Shown piece after piece: positions 1 to 14,819 of a DNA stretch of 64,000 bases. Where the stretch lies: contig OZ024744.1 in NCBI GenBank assembly GCA_964016885.1, positions 102,610,001 to 102,674,000 on the forward strand, given 5' to 3'. A program made the position numbers and the translations under genes. Source of the stretch: Eledone cirrhosa. Taxonomy: Eukaryota. The stretch's first letter is position 1, and every line of letters begins with the position of its first letter. The notes beneath the pieces were generated by a model. The model was not told the DNA's origin, did no database searches, and worked only from the letters and a program-made list of their open reading frames with translations.

Positions 1-343
1 CCAGATATTGATTATAGGGCCTCCCGGCAGATAACCCCCTTCAACCGCTTCCTTGGAGTCGACTGAAGCACTGCAGTGCAATGCAACAAAACGTCATAAC
101 TTCTGGAGTTTGCAACCGATTTTCACAAAACTTGACACATGGGCCACGTTTGTTCTACAGATGAATGTTAACTCTCAGAATTGGCACATATTGAATAGAG
201 GAACCCTGGGGGAAGAAACCCTCTTTTGGAAAAAGCCGATAATTTTGTAAAAGTATAGTTTTCAAAGCAGCACTGAAGTATTTACATAAATGGTATACAT
301 AACTGCTATTTAATACCCGAGCAACGCTGGGTACTTCTGCTAG
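1..343 (+). mobile_element. 3' end of non-autonomous Helitron-like element (5' part outside window)
   Basis: Subterminal hairpin acccgagcaacgctgggt followed by terminal CTAG|T at 340-343; very similar end at 8717-8745. Confidence 0.65.
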
Positions 344-866
344 TTATGAATAAATTGCTTTATAAACATGCTGACAATCTTTAGTTATTCCGGATATATT
401 GATTCACTGAGAACTGTTGTGTTCAAGTTAAACAGCAAAAATATATATAAAAAAATAACAAACATGAAACTTAAAATGAAATTTTACTCTTATTTTTTTT
501 GTCTGGAAAAGCAAGCTTTTTTTCTTCTTCAAAATAGTGTGCTAATTTACATATAATTATTTCTTTAATCAGTAACTTTTTCCAATGCCTATTGCAGAGC
601 TTAGTGGTATCAAATATTCTTTTTTTATTTTACTGACAGGAATTAATAATAAAATACTTGTGAACGTCACTTAGACTATGGCATTCTTCCCCAAAAAGAT
701 ATGTCACTATCAAAAATTTCAGTTACTTTGGTGCAAAACTATGGCCTACAACTTGGAACATACATACGTATGTATGTTTATATACATCATATATATATAT
801 ATATATTTGAAAAAAAGGAAAAGAATGACTTCACTTGTAGTGCTAAATAATTTTATTTAATTTTAT

Positions 867-1050
867 AATTGTTTCTACTTTTGGCACAAGGCCAGCAATT
901 ACCCAGTACATTACTGGTACTTTATTTTATCGATCCCGTAAGGATGAAAGGCAAAGTCAACCTCGGCGGCATTTGAACTCAGATCGTAAAGGGACGTAAC
1001 TATGCTGGAAAGCATGGTGCCCGACCCTCTACCGATACTGCCAATCCAAT
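867..1050 (-). mobile_element. tRNA-derived SINE, family A (Meta-domain-like core)
   Basis: Reverse complement of the copy at 1065-1256. Confidence 0.85.
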
Positions 1051-1064
1051 ATTATATTATGAGT

Positions 1065-1256
1065 AGGGCGGTGGATTGGCAGTATCGGTAGAGGGTCGGG
1101 CACCATGCTTTGAAGCATAGTGTTACCTCCCTTTATGATCTGAGTTCAAATCCCGCCGAGGTTAACTTTGCCTTTCATCCTCACGGGGTCGATAAAATAA
1201 AGTACCAGTAATACACTGGGTAATTGCTGGCCTTGTGCCAAAAGTAGAAACAATTA
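1065..1256 (+). mobile_element. tRNA-derived SINE, family A (Meta-domain-like core)
   Basis: A box tggcagtatcggt, B box gagttcaaatccc, core gcctttcatcct..ggggtcgataaaataaagtaccag; TSD-like attatattatgagt on both sides. Confidence 0.85.
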
Positions 1257-1467
1257 TATTATGAGTTGGTAGATCTAGTAAGTTCTTTGTTAGGGATCTT
1301 TAAAATTCTTCCCACCTAAGTTAACAAAGAACTTACTAGATCTACCAACTCATAATATTATAATACTATAAAATTAAATCAAATTATTTAGCACTACAAG
1401 TGAAATCATTCTTTTCCTTTTTTTTTCAAATATACCTAACTGTACCAAGCATCTCACACATTTTCCA

Positions 1468-1532
<65 letters not shown>

Positions 1533-1536
<4 letters not shown>

Positions 1537-1745
1537 GATAACAGATTAAAGTTTAAGCAAAGAAGCGCTGCTTTCACCCTTAACGGGATAGAAGATCCCG
1601 TTAAGGGTGAAAGCAGCGATTTTTTGCTTAAACTTTAATCTGTTATTTTAATAAATATTTGCTCTACGGTTCTTATATATTTGATATATATTTATCCTTA
1701 TCGAGCCCTCTTTGGATTTTAGTCTTCAAATTTATTATTATTACT
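1533..1745. repeat. Fold-back insertion with hammerhead-like motif and one-sided tail (family also at 7965-8043, 53358-53545, 61646-61720)
   Basis: Arms ~1533-1588/1595-1652; agaaga-tccc-gttaa-ggg-tgaaa motif; tail 1653-1745; TA-flanked. Confidence 0.65.
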
Positions 1746-1815
1746 ATATATATATATATATATCATCATCATCATAATCTTCGTTTAACGTCCATCTTCC
1801 ACGCTAGCATGGGTT

Positions 1816-1873
<58 letters not shown>

Positions 1874-1940
1874 CATTCATGCATGCATACATGCATATAC
1901 ACATACCTACATACATACATGACATACATACATACATACA

Positions 1941-1973
<33 letters not shown>

Positions 1974-2677
1974 GATGGCTTCCCCCTCGTTATTGAGTAT
2001 GACCATTGCACAATATAGCATTATTAATATGTTATTGTGAAATGCTTGAGCGTGAATTTTTTTTTTAAAGTGAGTCAATCCCACTCTCTGAGCGACAGTA
2101 GCTATAACACGAAAAGAAGAAAAGATCAACATCATCGGTAACTACTGAGCTGCAGGTTTTATGTTGGAGTTATCCCAGTTTCCTGAGTTGCCTTCTCCTA
2201 GAACAAAGGTTCTCAACGGGGGGCATATGCACCACCAGGAGGCGTTTCGGAACTCCAGGGAGGCGTTTGGGAGCAAGGGGGCATTAGGGGGGGCGTTTGG
2301 AGCTTTGGAGTGCACTGGAAGGCTCTTTACTTTGGTAAGTTTTATAAGCCATATCTGTATGTCTTTGAGACAGCCAGTGTGAATACATTTGAATGAGCAT
2401 GCACACAGCATAACTATGGTCTGACCGCAGCTGTGAGCAGGTGTGCAGGCGTGTCTAGACATTAACCGGCAATTGAGATCCTACCAATGGAAAAACCCAG
2501 TCAACAGGTTCAATGACACTTCAATCGCAGCCAATTAAAATTTTGTCTTTCATTCACCGATAACAATGTATTTCATGTCTGAAATTATTGACTCAACCGT
2601 AACGAGTTAACACTATGTAGATCTATTTTATTCCCTATTGTATAAATAATATTACAAATAAAAAAAACACAGAAGCG

Positions 2678-2952
2678 GGTAGCACACACATCTAGGACCG
2701 CATACAACACATAATCAGATAATACACACATCTAGGATCATATACAACACATAATCAGGTAATACACACATCTAGGACCACATGCAACACATAAGGAGGT
2801 AGCACACACATCAAGGACCACATACAACACACAGGCAAGTAATACATACATTTAGGACCACATACAACACATAAGCAGGTAATACATACATCTAGGACTA
2901 CCTACAACACACAGGCAGGTAATACATACATCTAGGACCAAATACAACACAT
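2678..2952. repeat. ~40-bp minisatellite, about 7 copies, inside hAT element
   Basis: Unit like ggtaatacacacatctaggaccacatacaacacataagca repeated in tandem. Confidence 0.9.
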
Positions 2953-2965
2953 TGTATCATGTGCT

Positions 2966-4016
2966 ATGGACGACGCTAGAGAAATGGTCGGCCAACATAA
3001 GGGTTTCGTCACTCTTCTGAAGAGAGAAAATCTATCTGTATTTGTTGTTCATTGTGTCATTTATCGACAACACTTGGCTGTGAAGAAACTCAGCAAGCCA
3101 CTGAGCAAGTCCTTGCAGGTGGCCCTTGATGTCATCAATTTTATCAAACGGCATTCCCTCAATGAACGAATTTTTCGGCAAATGTGCCAAGATAATGACG
3201 AAGAATTCGTTAAGTTGCTCCTTCATAATGAAGTGAGGTGGCTTTTAAAGGGCAAGTGCCTTACTCACTTCTTTGAACTGTTCGACTCTATCATTGAGTT
3301 TCTGCGAGGACGCATCACAGAACTGTACAAGAAAACCCTTGATGTGAGGCAAAACTGCGCCTACCTCACCGACACCTTTGACAAATGCAATAGCGTCATT
3401 TTGGCTTTGCAGGGGAAGAAGATCACCTTGCTTAAAGCAAGGAATGCTGTGAAAACATTCCTGGCCAAATTGAATGTCATCGAAAGGAATCTTTGTTGAC
3501 GGAATTCTATAATTTTCCTAGTGTCGCCAATGTTCAAAACATTGTAAGCGATGACCAACTCCAAATTTATACCGCTCACCTCCGTGCGGTACAAGACAAC
3601 ATGAGAGAACGGTTTGTCGACCTTTTGCCGATAGACATCCCAATGTGGGTAGCAGATCCCTTCATAGCTAACGTCGATGATTTGGACGTTATATTTCAGG
3701 AAGAATTCATTGAACTTCAAGCAGATTACATGATCAAAATTAGATTTCCCAAAATAGGTGAACCCCTTTTTTTGGATGCAAGAGGAAATTCAGCGTCGAT
3801 TTCCACACCTACATGGCAGAGGCTAAGAGATTTGCTCTGCCTTTTCCAAGCTCATACTTAGTCAAGAGGAGGTTTGGTGCTGTTTCCAGACTGCACAGTA
3901 AGGCTCGCAACCGCTACAATGTAATTACATGTGGAGATCTCCGGCTACATCTTACGAAAATCCAGCCTGACGTCAAAGAGTTAGCTAGACTCCATAAAGT
4001 TCAAGGGTCCCATTGA
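2966..4016 (+). pseudogene. Buster-type hAT transposase C-terminal two-thirds, frameshifted
   Basis: Motifs HCVIYRQHL, LLLHNEVRWL.KG, AYLTDTF, PFPSSYLV.RRF, DLRLHLT.IQPD across three overlapping ORFs. Confidence 0.9.
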
Positions 4017-4806
4017 AATGAGGTCAAAGTTAAAGTAAGTTGATTTATCCAAAAACTTAGATATGCTATTGTTACAAAACAAACTTAACACATTTTATTT
4101 GTAGTTGCAGTCTGACTGGACTGGAAACCATCTACTACAATTCACTTACTCATTTGTTGTATATATTTTACCATTTACTAATAAATATACCCTCCCGCGT
4201 GGTCATGAAAACCCTCTTCCGTGGTCTCTAAGCTCACAAAGCAGAGGAGACATCAAGTTAGATATCAACATTTATTCTGTCTGTTTCATTAAAGGGAAAA
4301 TTGGAAAGCTTTGAAATTATATAATTGCCACTTTCTTTCAGATAAGAGCACTTTGGATAGGCAGAGTTGCTCTTGTATAAATGTTCAAAATAGTTGGTAT
4401 CGCCTGGTGGGAATATAACAAATTCAACTGGTCCTTATTCATAAAAAAGAACATTTATGTTCCTTTTTTTGAAATTTATATATTTCCTTTCAAGGAATGT
4501 ATACTCTCAGCTGCCTGCAATGGTATCTTTGGAAAATTGTTAATCAATTTTTTAATAATCTACTGATATCAAAATCAGTAGTATATTGAAAAATGGAAAA
4601 ATAGGGGGGGGGGGGGGGGGGGTTCGTGATTTCGAGGGACAAAAGGGGGCGTTTGGCCTAAATGGGTTGAGAACCTGTGTCCTAGAAGAATGCCCTGACA
4701 AAGGCTAGGGGTCCTTCACTCCCAGTGGTTTAACTGTGCGATCGCGTATCCAGCCCGATTATTTCTATTTCCCCGCACATATACATACACATGTATACAT
4801 GTATAC

Positions 4807-5091
4807 CAGTGGCGAAGGGTAACCTGGAAAGCAGGGCATGCAGTCCAATCGCCATGGCGGAAAGTGGGGCTGTGCAGCCTACACCCCCACCCCCCACCCC
4901 AATTCCCTCTAAATGACCCTCCCGGTCAAAGCCGCATGTAATGTTATCTAGTGTGTGTGTGTTATCTTTTTATGTGTCTACGTTTTAGTAAGCAGCCAAA
5001 ATTCTGCTTGCTTCAACCGACGCAATTGATCAACTCAAGATTCTATAACGCATGCACTGCATGTGTTGCATGCACAGACCCTTCGCCCCTG
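4807..5091. mobile_element. hAT-type MITE
   Basis: TIRs cagtggcgaagggt/acccttcgcccctg; 8-bp TSD atgtatac/ctgtatac (7/8 match). Confidence 0.8.
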
Positions 5092-5327
5092 CTGTATACA
5101 TGTATACACATACATACATATACACATATATACACATGCATACATGTATACACATATTTACACATTTTTGGATGGCCGTTGACTCTTATGAGTTCTTCCG
5201 TCCTTTGTCAGGTTTTGCTTTTGCCTACCAGGGTGTCCAAAATCACCCGCCGGTTTAGTCGCCGAAGACCCAACGAGGCATACATACATGTACACATACA
5301 TACATAAATACATGCATATATATATAC

Positions 5328-5885
5328 ATGGTGGCTGCCAACTCGTTTTCGAGTACGGCCACTACTTTATATCCATGTAGGAGAACCCCTGCCGATGCGC
5401 TGAACGAGTGTGACTTTTTAGTCCAGCCAGCGACTTGAAAACTCTGGTACGAACACTACACCTCTGACAATTATTGACACATAGTGCTGGGCCCATGGTA
5501 CCATGTGACGACAAGTGCAGAGAGATCTCCAGATATAAAGCAATGCCTGTGCCGTGAAGCTTTTATAGTGAGCAAAGGCACTGCACAAAGCCAGTCCACT
5601 CTCTTAACCAAGATGATATTTACCAAAAAGAAGAACAAGTCAACGTCATTGGATACCATCAGGGTTGCAGGTGTTATATCAGAGTTTTTCTTCTCATAGA
5701 ATTCTGCCTTAACAAAGGCTAAGGGGTCATCTCTCCCGATGATTTTGGATGGCCATTGACTCTTAAGAGCTCCCTTGCCCTTTGACAGGTTTTGTTTTTA
5801 GTCCTGCAGGATGTCCAAAGTCACCCTCCTAACCAAGAAACCTTGGTGGGGTTGCCAGTTTAGTCGCCAACGACCCGACCATATG
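5328..5885 (-). mobile_element. Unclassified ~550-bp interspersed repeat (family Q)
   Basis: Near-identical copies at 14209-14820 and 62030-62445 (opposite strand); all share the same microsatellite-abutting end atggtggctgcc. Confidence 0.75.
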
Positions 5886-5899
5886 CATACATACATACA

Positions 5900-5988
<89 letters not shown>

Positions 5989-6123
5989 AGTGTAATTTTC
6001 TACACAAAACGAAGGTTATAGAGAAAATTGAGGTTGGTAATGGCACATGGAATATATAAGAGACAGAATACTTTTTTGTGAAAAAACATAATTTTATAAG
6101 GTAAGGAAATAATAAAGGGTATA

Positions 6124-6172
6124 AAAAATGACCGGTTTCGATGGGTCTGCAAAAGCCATCTTTTCAAATGTT
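6124..6172 (-). ncRNA. Degenerate minimal hammerhead ribozyme (Penelope-type)
   Basis: Minus strand: ttgaaaa-GATGG..CCATC-GAAAC-CG-GTC; core differs from CTGANGA; its 3' half recurs at 7251-7271. Confidence 0.55.
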
Positions 6173-6484
6173 GATTAATATTAAGAAAAATTAATAATAC
6201 GAAGAGTTAAAATTTGAGACTTGAAAATTCAAGTATAAAATTCATTGTGGGATTTCATAGCAGTTTTCATCTAGGTAGCAACAACAGGCTGACTGCTGTG
6301 TCCCTTTCTGGTAGTGAATGAGAAGTTATTTGGGGTGTGGGTTATTTTATAAAGGTCAGATTTAGCAATCACCAACTGGCCAGCTGCTGGTCAGTGAGGG
6401 GGTGGAAGCAATATACATACACATATCTTCCTGTGGTGGGTAGGAGAGTGGAGCGTGATAGAAAGGGATTTAGTGCACTTACAC

Positions 6485-6528
6485 CTATATATACACACAT
6501 ACCTTCATCCACACATACATACATATAC

Positions 6529-6569
<41 letters not shown>

Positions 6570-6634
6570 CACACATACATACACACACACATACATATAC
6601 ATACACACATACACACACACACATATATACACAT

Positions 6635-6689
<55 letters not shown>

Positions 6690-6754
6690 TATATATACAT
6701 ACACATACATCCAGATACACACATACATACACACACACACACATATATATATAT

Positions 6755-6822
<68 letters not shown>

Positions 6823-7160
6823 CCCCACACATACATACACGCACACACACATATATATATACATACACACATACAAACATACACACACACACACATATAT
6901 ATACACACATACACACACATATATATACACACACATATATATACACACACACACACACACACGCATATATATATATATATATACACATACGCATACATCC
7001 AGATACCCACATACATACACACACACACACACGCACACACAATACATACATCCACATGCACACACATACACACACACACACATATGCACATACATACACC
7101 CACACACAGAGAAATGGCCTTCAAATATATATATATATATATATATACATACAGACATAT
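6485..7160. repeat. Compound (TA)n/(CA)n microsatellite
   Basis: Directly visible; explains the [12 protein letters not shown] ORFs. Confidence 0.95.
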
Positions 7161-7249
7161 ATTTTTTCCATAATATAAGAAGTTGGGGCAGTGAAATTAA
7201 AATACAAGTCATTCTGATCACATTGAGTTCTTCATGTAGATTGGGCCCC

Positions 7250-7530
7250 GCTTTTGCAGACCCATCGAAACAACACAATATGTAACTACTCCATTACCAA
7301 AGGTTTCAGGACCCCAGACAATATTAATATATGTCTAGATCGTTCATCAGACAGAGATGTTATGAATAGAAAATATGAAATGAGATTATATATTGTCTAG
7401 GGTCCTGAAACCTTTGGTAATGGAGTAGTTATATATTGTGTTGTTCACTTTATAATTAAATAGCTCTGTTCCATATATAGAGCACTCTTTTTTCCTTTGC
7501 TTTTTCTTCGGAATTGCCTAACATAAATAC
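7250..7530. repeat. Fold-back insertion with hammerhead fragments and tail hairpin
   Basis: Arms ~7268-7324/7390-7446; tcatcag (minus-strand CTGATGA) in spacer; gctc..gagc tail 7463-7483. Confidence 0.55.
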
Positions 7531-7535
7531 ATATC

Positions 7536-8788
<1,253 letters not shown>

Positions 8789-8791
<3 letters not shown>

Positions 8792-9257
8792 TTTGTCCTT
8801 CATCAGTGGTCTTCCAACCGTCCTAGGCATTTCATCGCTTTAAAGACCATATACCTCAGGTTGGTGCGAGCAACGGCTAAAAAAAGTCGTTGGGACACGT
8901 AAATAAAGGGGAGGCTAGGGTAAACAAACAAAATGGTTTAAGCAACAGAAAGTGATGAAGAAAGAGACAAGTCCCAGATTTCTATGAATATAAATTCGGT
9001 GAAATCGTGAACGAGAGAATAAAGACCATCAAACCTGGTTGAAATGTGAGCAAGGAAGGAATTTCGCACAGGTCTAACGGGAGGAAGAAGTCACTTTCTG
9101 TTGCTTAAACCATTTTGTTTGTTTACCCTAGCGTCCCCTTTATTTACGTGTCCCAACGACTTTTTTTAGCCGTTGCTCGCACCAACCTGAGGTATATGAT
9201 CTTTAAAGCGATGAAATGCCTAGGACGGTTGGAAGACGACTGATGAAGGACAAACTT
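8789..9257. repeat. Fold-back insertion, ~167-bp arms, ending in 5' half of a hammerhead core
   Basis: Arms 8789-8955/9091-9257; ctgatgaagg at 9240-9249; TA-flanked. Confidence 0.7.
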
Positions 9258-9298
9258 TTTCATATGTAACCCATTTGCAACGCTGCAGCTCCATTATT

Positions 9299-10039
<741 letters not shown>

Positions 10040-10093
10040 ATGTATATATAAATATGTATGTATATATATATGTATGTATATATATATATTATA

Positions 10094-10129
<36 letters not shown>

Positions 10130-10145
10130 CACTAATATATTAAAA

Positions 10146-10282
10146 TTACATATGTTACTGATGATGACCTAAATTCTGTACACTCTTATATTACTAATCA
10201 CATCTCCGTAACAGGTCAACAAATGAAAAATATACTTTAGCAACTCTTATACTAGGTACGAAACATCTGATGTATATTTGTG
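10146..10282 (+). ncRNA. Hammerhead ribozyme, extended helix II, imperfect helix I
   Basis: CTGATGA (10158)-TGACCTA..TAGGTAC-GAAAC-ATCTGAT-GTA. Confidence 0.6.
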
Positions 10283-10395
10283 AGAACATGTGACTGTCTC
10301 TATATAATTTACTGATATAGAAGAAACTAATATATACATATATATATATGTAGGGAAGAGCGGGCGTAAAATGATGATGATGATGATGATGATGA

Positions 10396-10513
<118 letters not shown>

Positions 10514-10898
10514 ATATATAAATTAATAAAAACAATGAATAAAAACAAAGAACAACTTCCTTATATTAAAAAATTCATCATTTTACGATCGTTTCTAGGA
10601 TATATATGTGTGTTGGTATGTAAAAATATTACAAACTATCAGAGGAAATATACATACCTTCACATATATATGTTTATGTATATATATATATATATATGTA
10701 GATAAATCTACCAAGAGTTTACGGTAGTGTCCAATCCGTATGAAGAACTCAATGTAATCCGGATATCATGGAAAGAAGAGATGCAATGAAAAATCACTTT
10801 CGGTGAAAGATAAACGGAATACAGAGTCAAGATAAAATATTAAAAAAATAATGAATAAAACAATGAAACAGTTCCTTATATTAAACAAAAAAAGTTCA

Positions 10899-11044
10899 TT
10901 ATTTAACGATCGTTTCTAGGATATATATGTGTTAGAATTGGCATGCATATTCAACAGATCTATGTACAAAATTATACAAAATTATACAAACTATCAAAAT
11001 TAAATATACATACCAACACATATATATGCCGTCTTCAGAAATAA
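10899..11044 (-). ncRNA. Type I hammerhead ribozyme with very long helix II
   Basis: TTATTT-CTGAAGA-C-GGcATATATATGTGTTGG..CTAACACATATATAT-CC-TA-GAAAC-GATC-GTT-AAATAA; 6-bp helix I; partial second copy at ~10520-10672. Confidence 0.8.
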
Positions 11045-11069
11045 TATATATGCCGTCTTCAGAAATAAA

Positions 11070-11143
<74 letters not shown>

Positions 11144-11284
11144 TTAGGTTAATAGGAGTTAGGTATTGTATACCCGTGTCCCATTAAGGTATTGACAGCA
11201 TAATAATTAGCTCTATGCTTTGGAGCAGAGCCGTATATATGAAAAAGAACACAAGAGCGTCTACAACATCAAAAGATTTCTATT

Positions 11285-11326
11285 GGCTTACAATGTTTCT
11301 TCCTTACGTAACCGTAGGATTCGTCA
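11285..11326 (-). ncRNA. Hammerhead ribozyme truncated at the first core base
   Basis: (a)TGACGA-A-TCCTACG-gtta-CGTAAGGA-A-GAAAC-ATT-GTA, abutting a microsatellite. Confidence 0.7.
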
Positions 11327-11388
11327 TATATATACGTGTGTGTGTGTGTGTATATATATATGTGTGTGTGTGTGTATGTATATATTTA

Positions 11389-11468
<80 letters not shown>

Positions 11469-11523
11469 ATATAAATATACATATATACATATATAAATAT
11501 ATATATATATATATATAATAAAG

Positions 11524-11597
<74 letters not shown>

Positions 11598-11654
11598 ATT
11601 TCTTTATTATATATATATATATATATTTATATATGTATATATGTATATTTATAT

Positions 11655-11723
<69 letters not shown>

Positions 11724-11774
11724 GTATATATATGACGAATATATATATATATATACATATATAAATATATACAT

Positions 11775-11824
<50 letters not shown>

Positions 11825-11942
11825 GTATATATATATATAAACGGAAAAAAATGAAACGAAATTTCATTTCTGACTCTTACGGCTGTTACTTAAATATAAG
11901 TATGTATACGTACATACATATACGTATACAGACGTACAGTAG

Positions 11943-12013
<71 letters not shown>

Positions 12014-12158
12014 GCATGCACATATATATATATATGTACATATGGATTCACCGAACATATATTATAATGCTCGGTGTGTTTGTAAACAAACATTCCGAAT
12101 TAAGCCGTACAGTGTCTAGCAACCATCGTTGCTCATTTGTTCAACACTGACAAAGGAA

Positions 12159-12199
12159 CGCTGTACTAGTTTCAAGCTTATTAGCTATCGTCAGCAACG
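12159..12199 (-). ncRNA. Intact minimal type I hammerhead ribozyme (Penelope-type)
   Basis: CGTTG-CTGACGA-T-AGCT-aata-AGCT-T-GAAAC-TA-GTA-CAGCG; all helices pair. Confidence 0.88.
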
Positions 12200-12923
12200 T
12201 ATACCTTCCTGCCAGATGGTTGAACGTCTGAAAGTATATACTTTCCTTATGCATATTAACGGCTGAGCAGCCTAATTTGCATATCGAGTGAGTTAATTGG
12301 CCGGGGTACCGAAAACGATAAACAGAAAAAATTAAACGAAATTTCATTTCTCACTCTTAGTACGGCTGTTACTTAAATATAAGTATGTATACGTACATAC
12401 ATATATGTATACAGACGAGAGCAATTAAGGAATTGTGTGTATGCACGGGTGGGCGCGTTTTAGAATGTGTATTGATTGGTCAGTCAAAGACTAGCTTTGG
12501 TGTAAACAGGAAGCAGGGGTTTGTGGGGGTGTGCCATGCTTGGACGACCCGATGCTAGTTTATCATGTTGGTAAAGACAGTTCAAGTTTTTGTCAAAGAA
12601 TTTAAAAAAAAGAAGGGTTGGGGGTTGTGGATAATATTGATAGGAAGAAATAATTGTAAGATGTAGAAAATCAACAACATAGAGAAGCAGGCATAGATAT
12701 ACAGATGTGCACAGACATGTATATATACTCATCCATACACCAGACACATGACTCCGCATACACATATAAGTGTGTGCACACACACACATATATCCACACA
12801 AACTCTCATATACACACACACATATATATATATACATATACATATATATGCATATATATATATATATATATTTATTTATATATATATACACACACACATA
12901 CATATATCCACACAAACTCTCAT

Positions 12924-12970
<47 letters not shown>

Positions 12971-13606
12971 TATAAAGAATTATAAAGAATTAGTATATCT
13001 ACCAACATATATATACAGATGTATACCTATGCTAGCAAATATATAGGTTTTGTCTTAGTAACTTTGTGGTTCAACGCAAGGGAATGCAGAACAATTATAT
13101 GAAAGACGTAAAATAAGAAAATTATAAAAATTAACTTACTTACTAAAATTTCACTCCAACTAATTAGTTTCTGAAAGGGAATAAACATGGTTTACGAATG
13201 GAACCATGGAGAAAATCCTTTCGTCATCAGGAAGTCTATTCTCAGCTAAGTTCCCAGGCAATGCGTGGACACAGGGAACTTATACAAAAATAATTCAGTG
13301 GAAGGAAAAAAGCAAGCGAGGACTACATTCCAGGACATTGAAAAAAATCACTGCCTACTTGGTCGGTGGCAAATTCAAAAGAATCAATCACGTGACATTG
13401 AGGTTAATCAGTGAGGAGTGGGGTGCTAATAAGACAGGAGCCTGACTATTACTATGAACCATAGTAGTAGTTTTGGCAAATTTTTGCTCAACAAAATAAT
13501 TTAGAGATAATTATAAAGAATTAGTATATCTACCAACATATATATACAGATGCATACCTATGCTAGCAAATATATAGGTTTTGTCTTAGTAACTTTGTGG
13601 TTCAAT
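12971..13606 (-). mobile_element. Partial-tandem (pseudo-LTR-like) Penelope-type insertion
   Basis: ~95-bp direct repeat 12981-13075/13512-13606 bracketing a hammerhead and a tail hairpin. Confidence 0.65.
13153..13235 (-). ncRNA. Type I hammerhead ribozyme
   Basis: ACTTC-CTGATGA-C-GAAAGG..CCTTTC-A-GAAAC-TAATTA-GTT-GGAGT. Confidence 0.85.
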
Positions 13607-13739
13607 ACATACATATATATATTTATACACACAGACATTTACATACATGTACATATATATACATGCACACACACACATGTGCACCCATACATACACACTT
13701 ATAAGTACATGCATACACACATTCATAGATCCACACACA

Positions 13740-14028
13740 CTAAAGTCTAAAGTCTGTCTTAAGCCAGAAGGCTCATTTGGTCGGTGCTTATCCCAGTTAA
13801 TTGCGTGAAGCGACTGAGAGTACAAGACCCCCTCCCCCTGGATAGGACACCAGTCCATCGCAGGGTTAAACTTCCAGCTATTGCTGGTACTCATTTTCAG
13901 CTGAGTATACTGGAGCAACGTGAAATGAAGTGTTTTGCTCAAGAACACATCACGCAACCCAGGAATTGAACCCATGACATTATGATCATAAGTCCAACAC
14001 CCTTACCACTAGGCCACGTGCTTCCACT
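13740..14028 (-). mobile_element. tRNA-derived SINE, family C (CORE-like plus V-domain-like)
   Basis: A box tggcctagtggt, B box ggttcaattcc, cttgagcaaaacac core, ccctgcgatggactgg..tccaggg segment, (ttagact)n-like tail. Confidence 0.75.
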
Positions 14029-14208
14029 ATACATACACATACATATATATATATACACACACATACAAACATGTACACACAGACATATACATACATGTAC
14101 ATATATATACATGCATACACACACATGTGCACCCATACATACACACACACTTATAAGTACAGCCATACACACATATATGTATATACACACACATATATAT
14201 ATATATAT

Positions 14209-14819
14209 ATGGTGGCTGCCAACTCGTTTTCGAGTACGGCCACTACTTTATATCCATATAGGAGAACCCCTACCGATGCGCTGAACGAGTGTGAATTTTT
14301 AGTCCAGCCAGCGACTTGAAAACTCTGGTACAAACACTACACTTGTGACAATTATTGACACATAGTGCTGGGCCCATGGTACCATGTGACGACAAGTGCA
14401 GAGAGATCTCCAGATATAAAGCAATGCCTGTGCCGTGAAGCTTTTATAGTGAGCAAAGGCACTGCACAAAGCCAGTCCCACTCTCTTAACCAAGATGATA
14501 TTTACCAAAAAGAAGAACAAGTCAACATCATTGGATACCATCAGGGTTGCAGGTGTTATATCAGAGTTTTCCTTCTCCTAGAATTCTGCCTTGACAAAAG
14601 TTAAGGGGTCATCTCTCCCGGTGATTTTGGATGGCCATTGAGTCTTAAGAGCTCCTTTGCCCTTTGACAGGTTTTGTTTCTAGTCCTGCAGGATGTCCAA
14701 AGTCACCCTCCTCACCAAGAAACCTTGGCGGGGTTGCCAGTTTAGTCGCCAACGACCCGACCATGTGTCAGGTTGTGCTGGGATACATGTTACCAGTAGC
14801 ACCAACTGGTGACCTGACC

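Larger units (their letters stand above)
802..1434. repeat. Fold-back (inverted repeat) insertion in (TA)n, interrupted by two SINEs; probable Penelope-like remnant
   Basis: Arms 802-866/1367-1434 and 1256-1297/1322-1357 are reverse complements; flanked by TA runs. Confidence 0.6.
2204..4679 (+). mobile_element. hAT (Buster/Charlie-type) DNA transposon, internally deleted
   Basis: TIRs caaaggttctcaac/gttgagaacctgtg; perfect 8-bp TSD tcctagaa (2196-2203, 4680-4687) with central TA; transposase remnant inside. Confidence 0.92.

Noticed and set aside
6337-7285. Long ORFs in all frames ([12 protein letters not shown]); likewise 11-16 kb and 22-27 kb
   Set aside because: Translations of stop-free TA/CA microsatellites, not genes.
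11319-11830. Inverted duplication of compound microsatellite around a TA run (also 60468-60516)
   Set aside because: (TA)n is self-complementary, so assembly strand-flips or simple fold-back slippage cannot be excluded.
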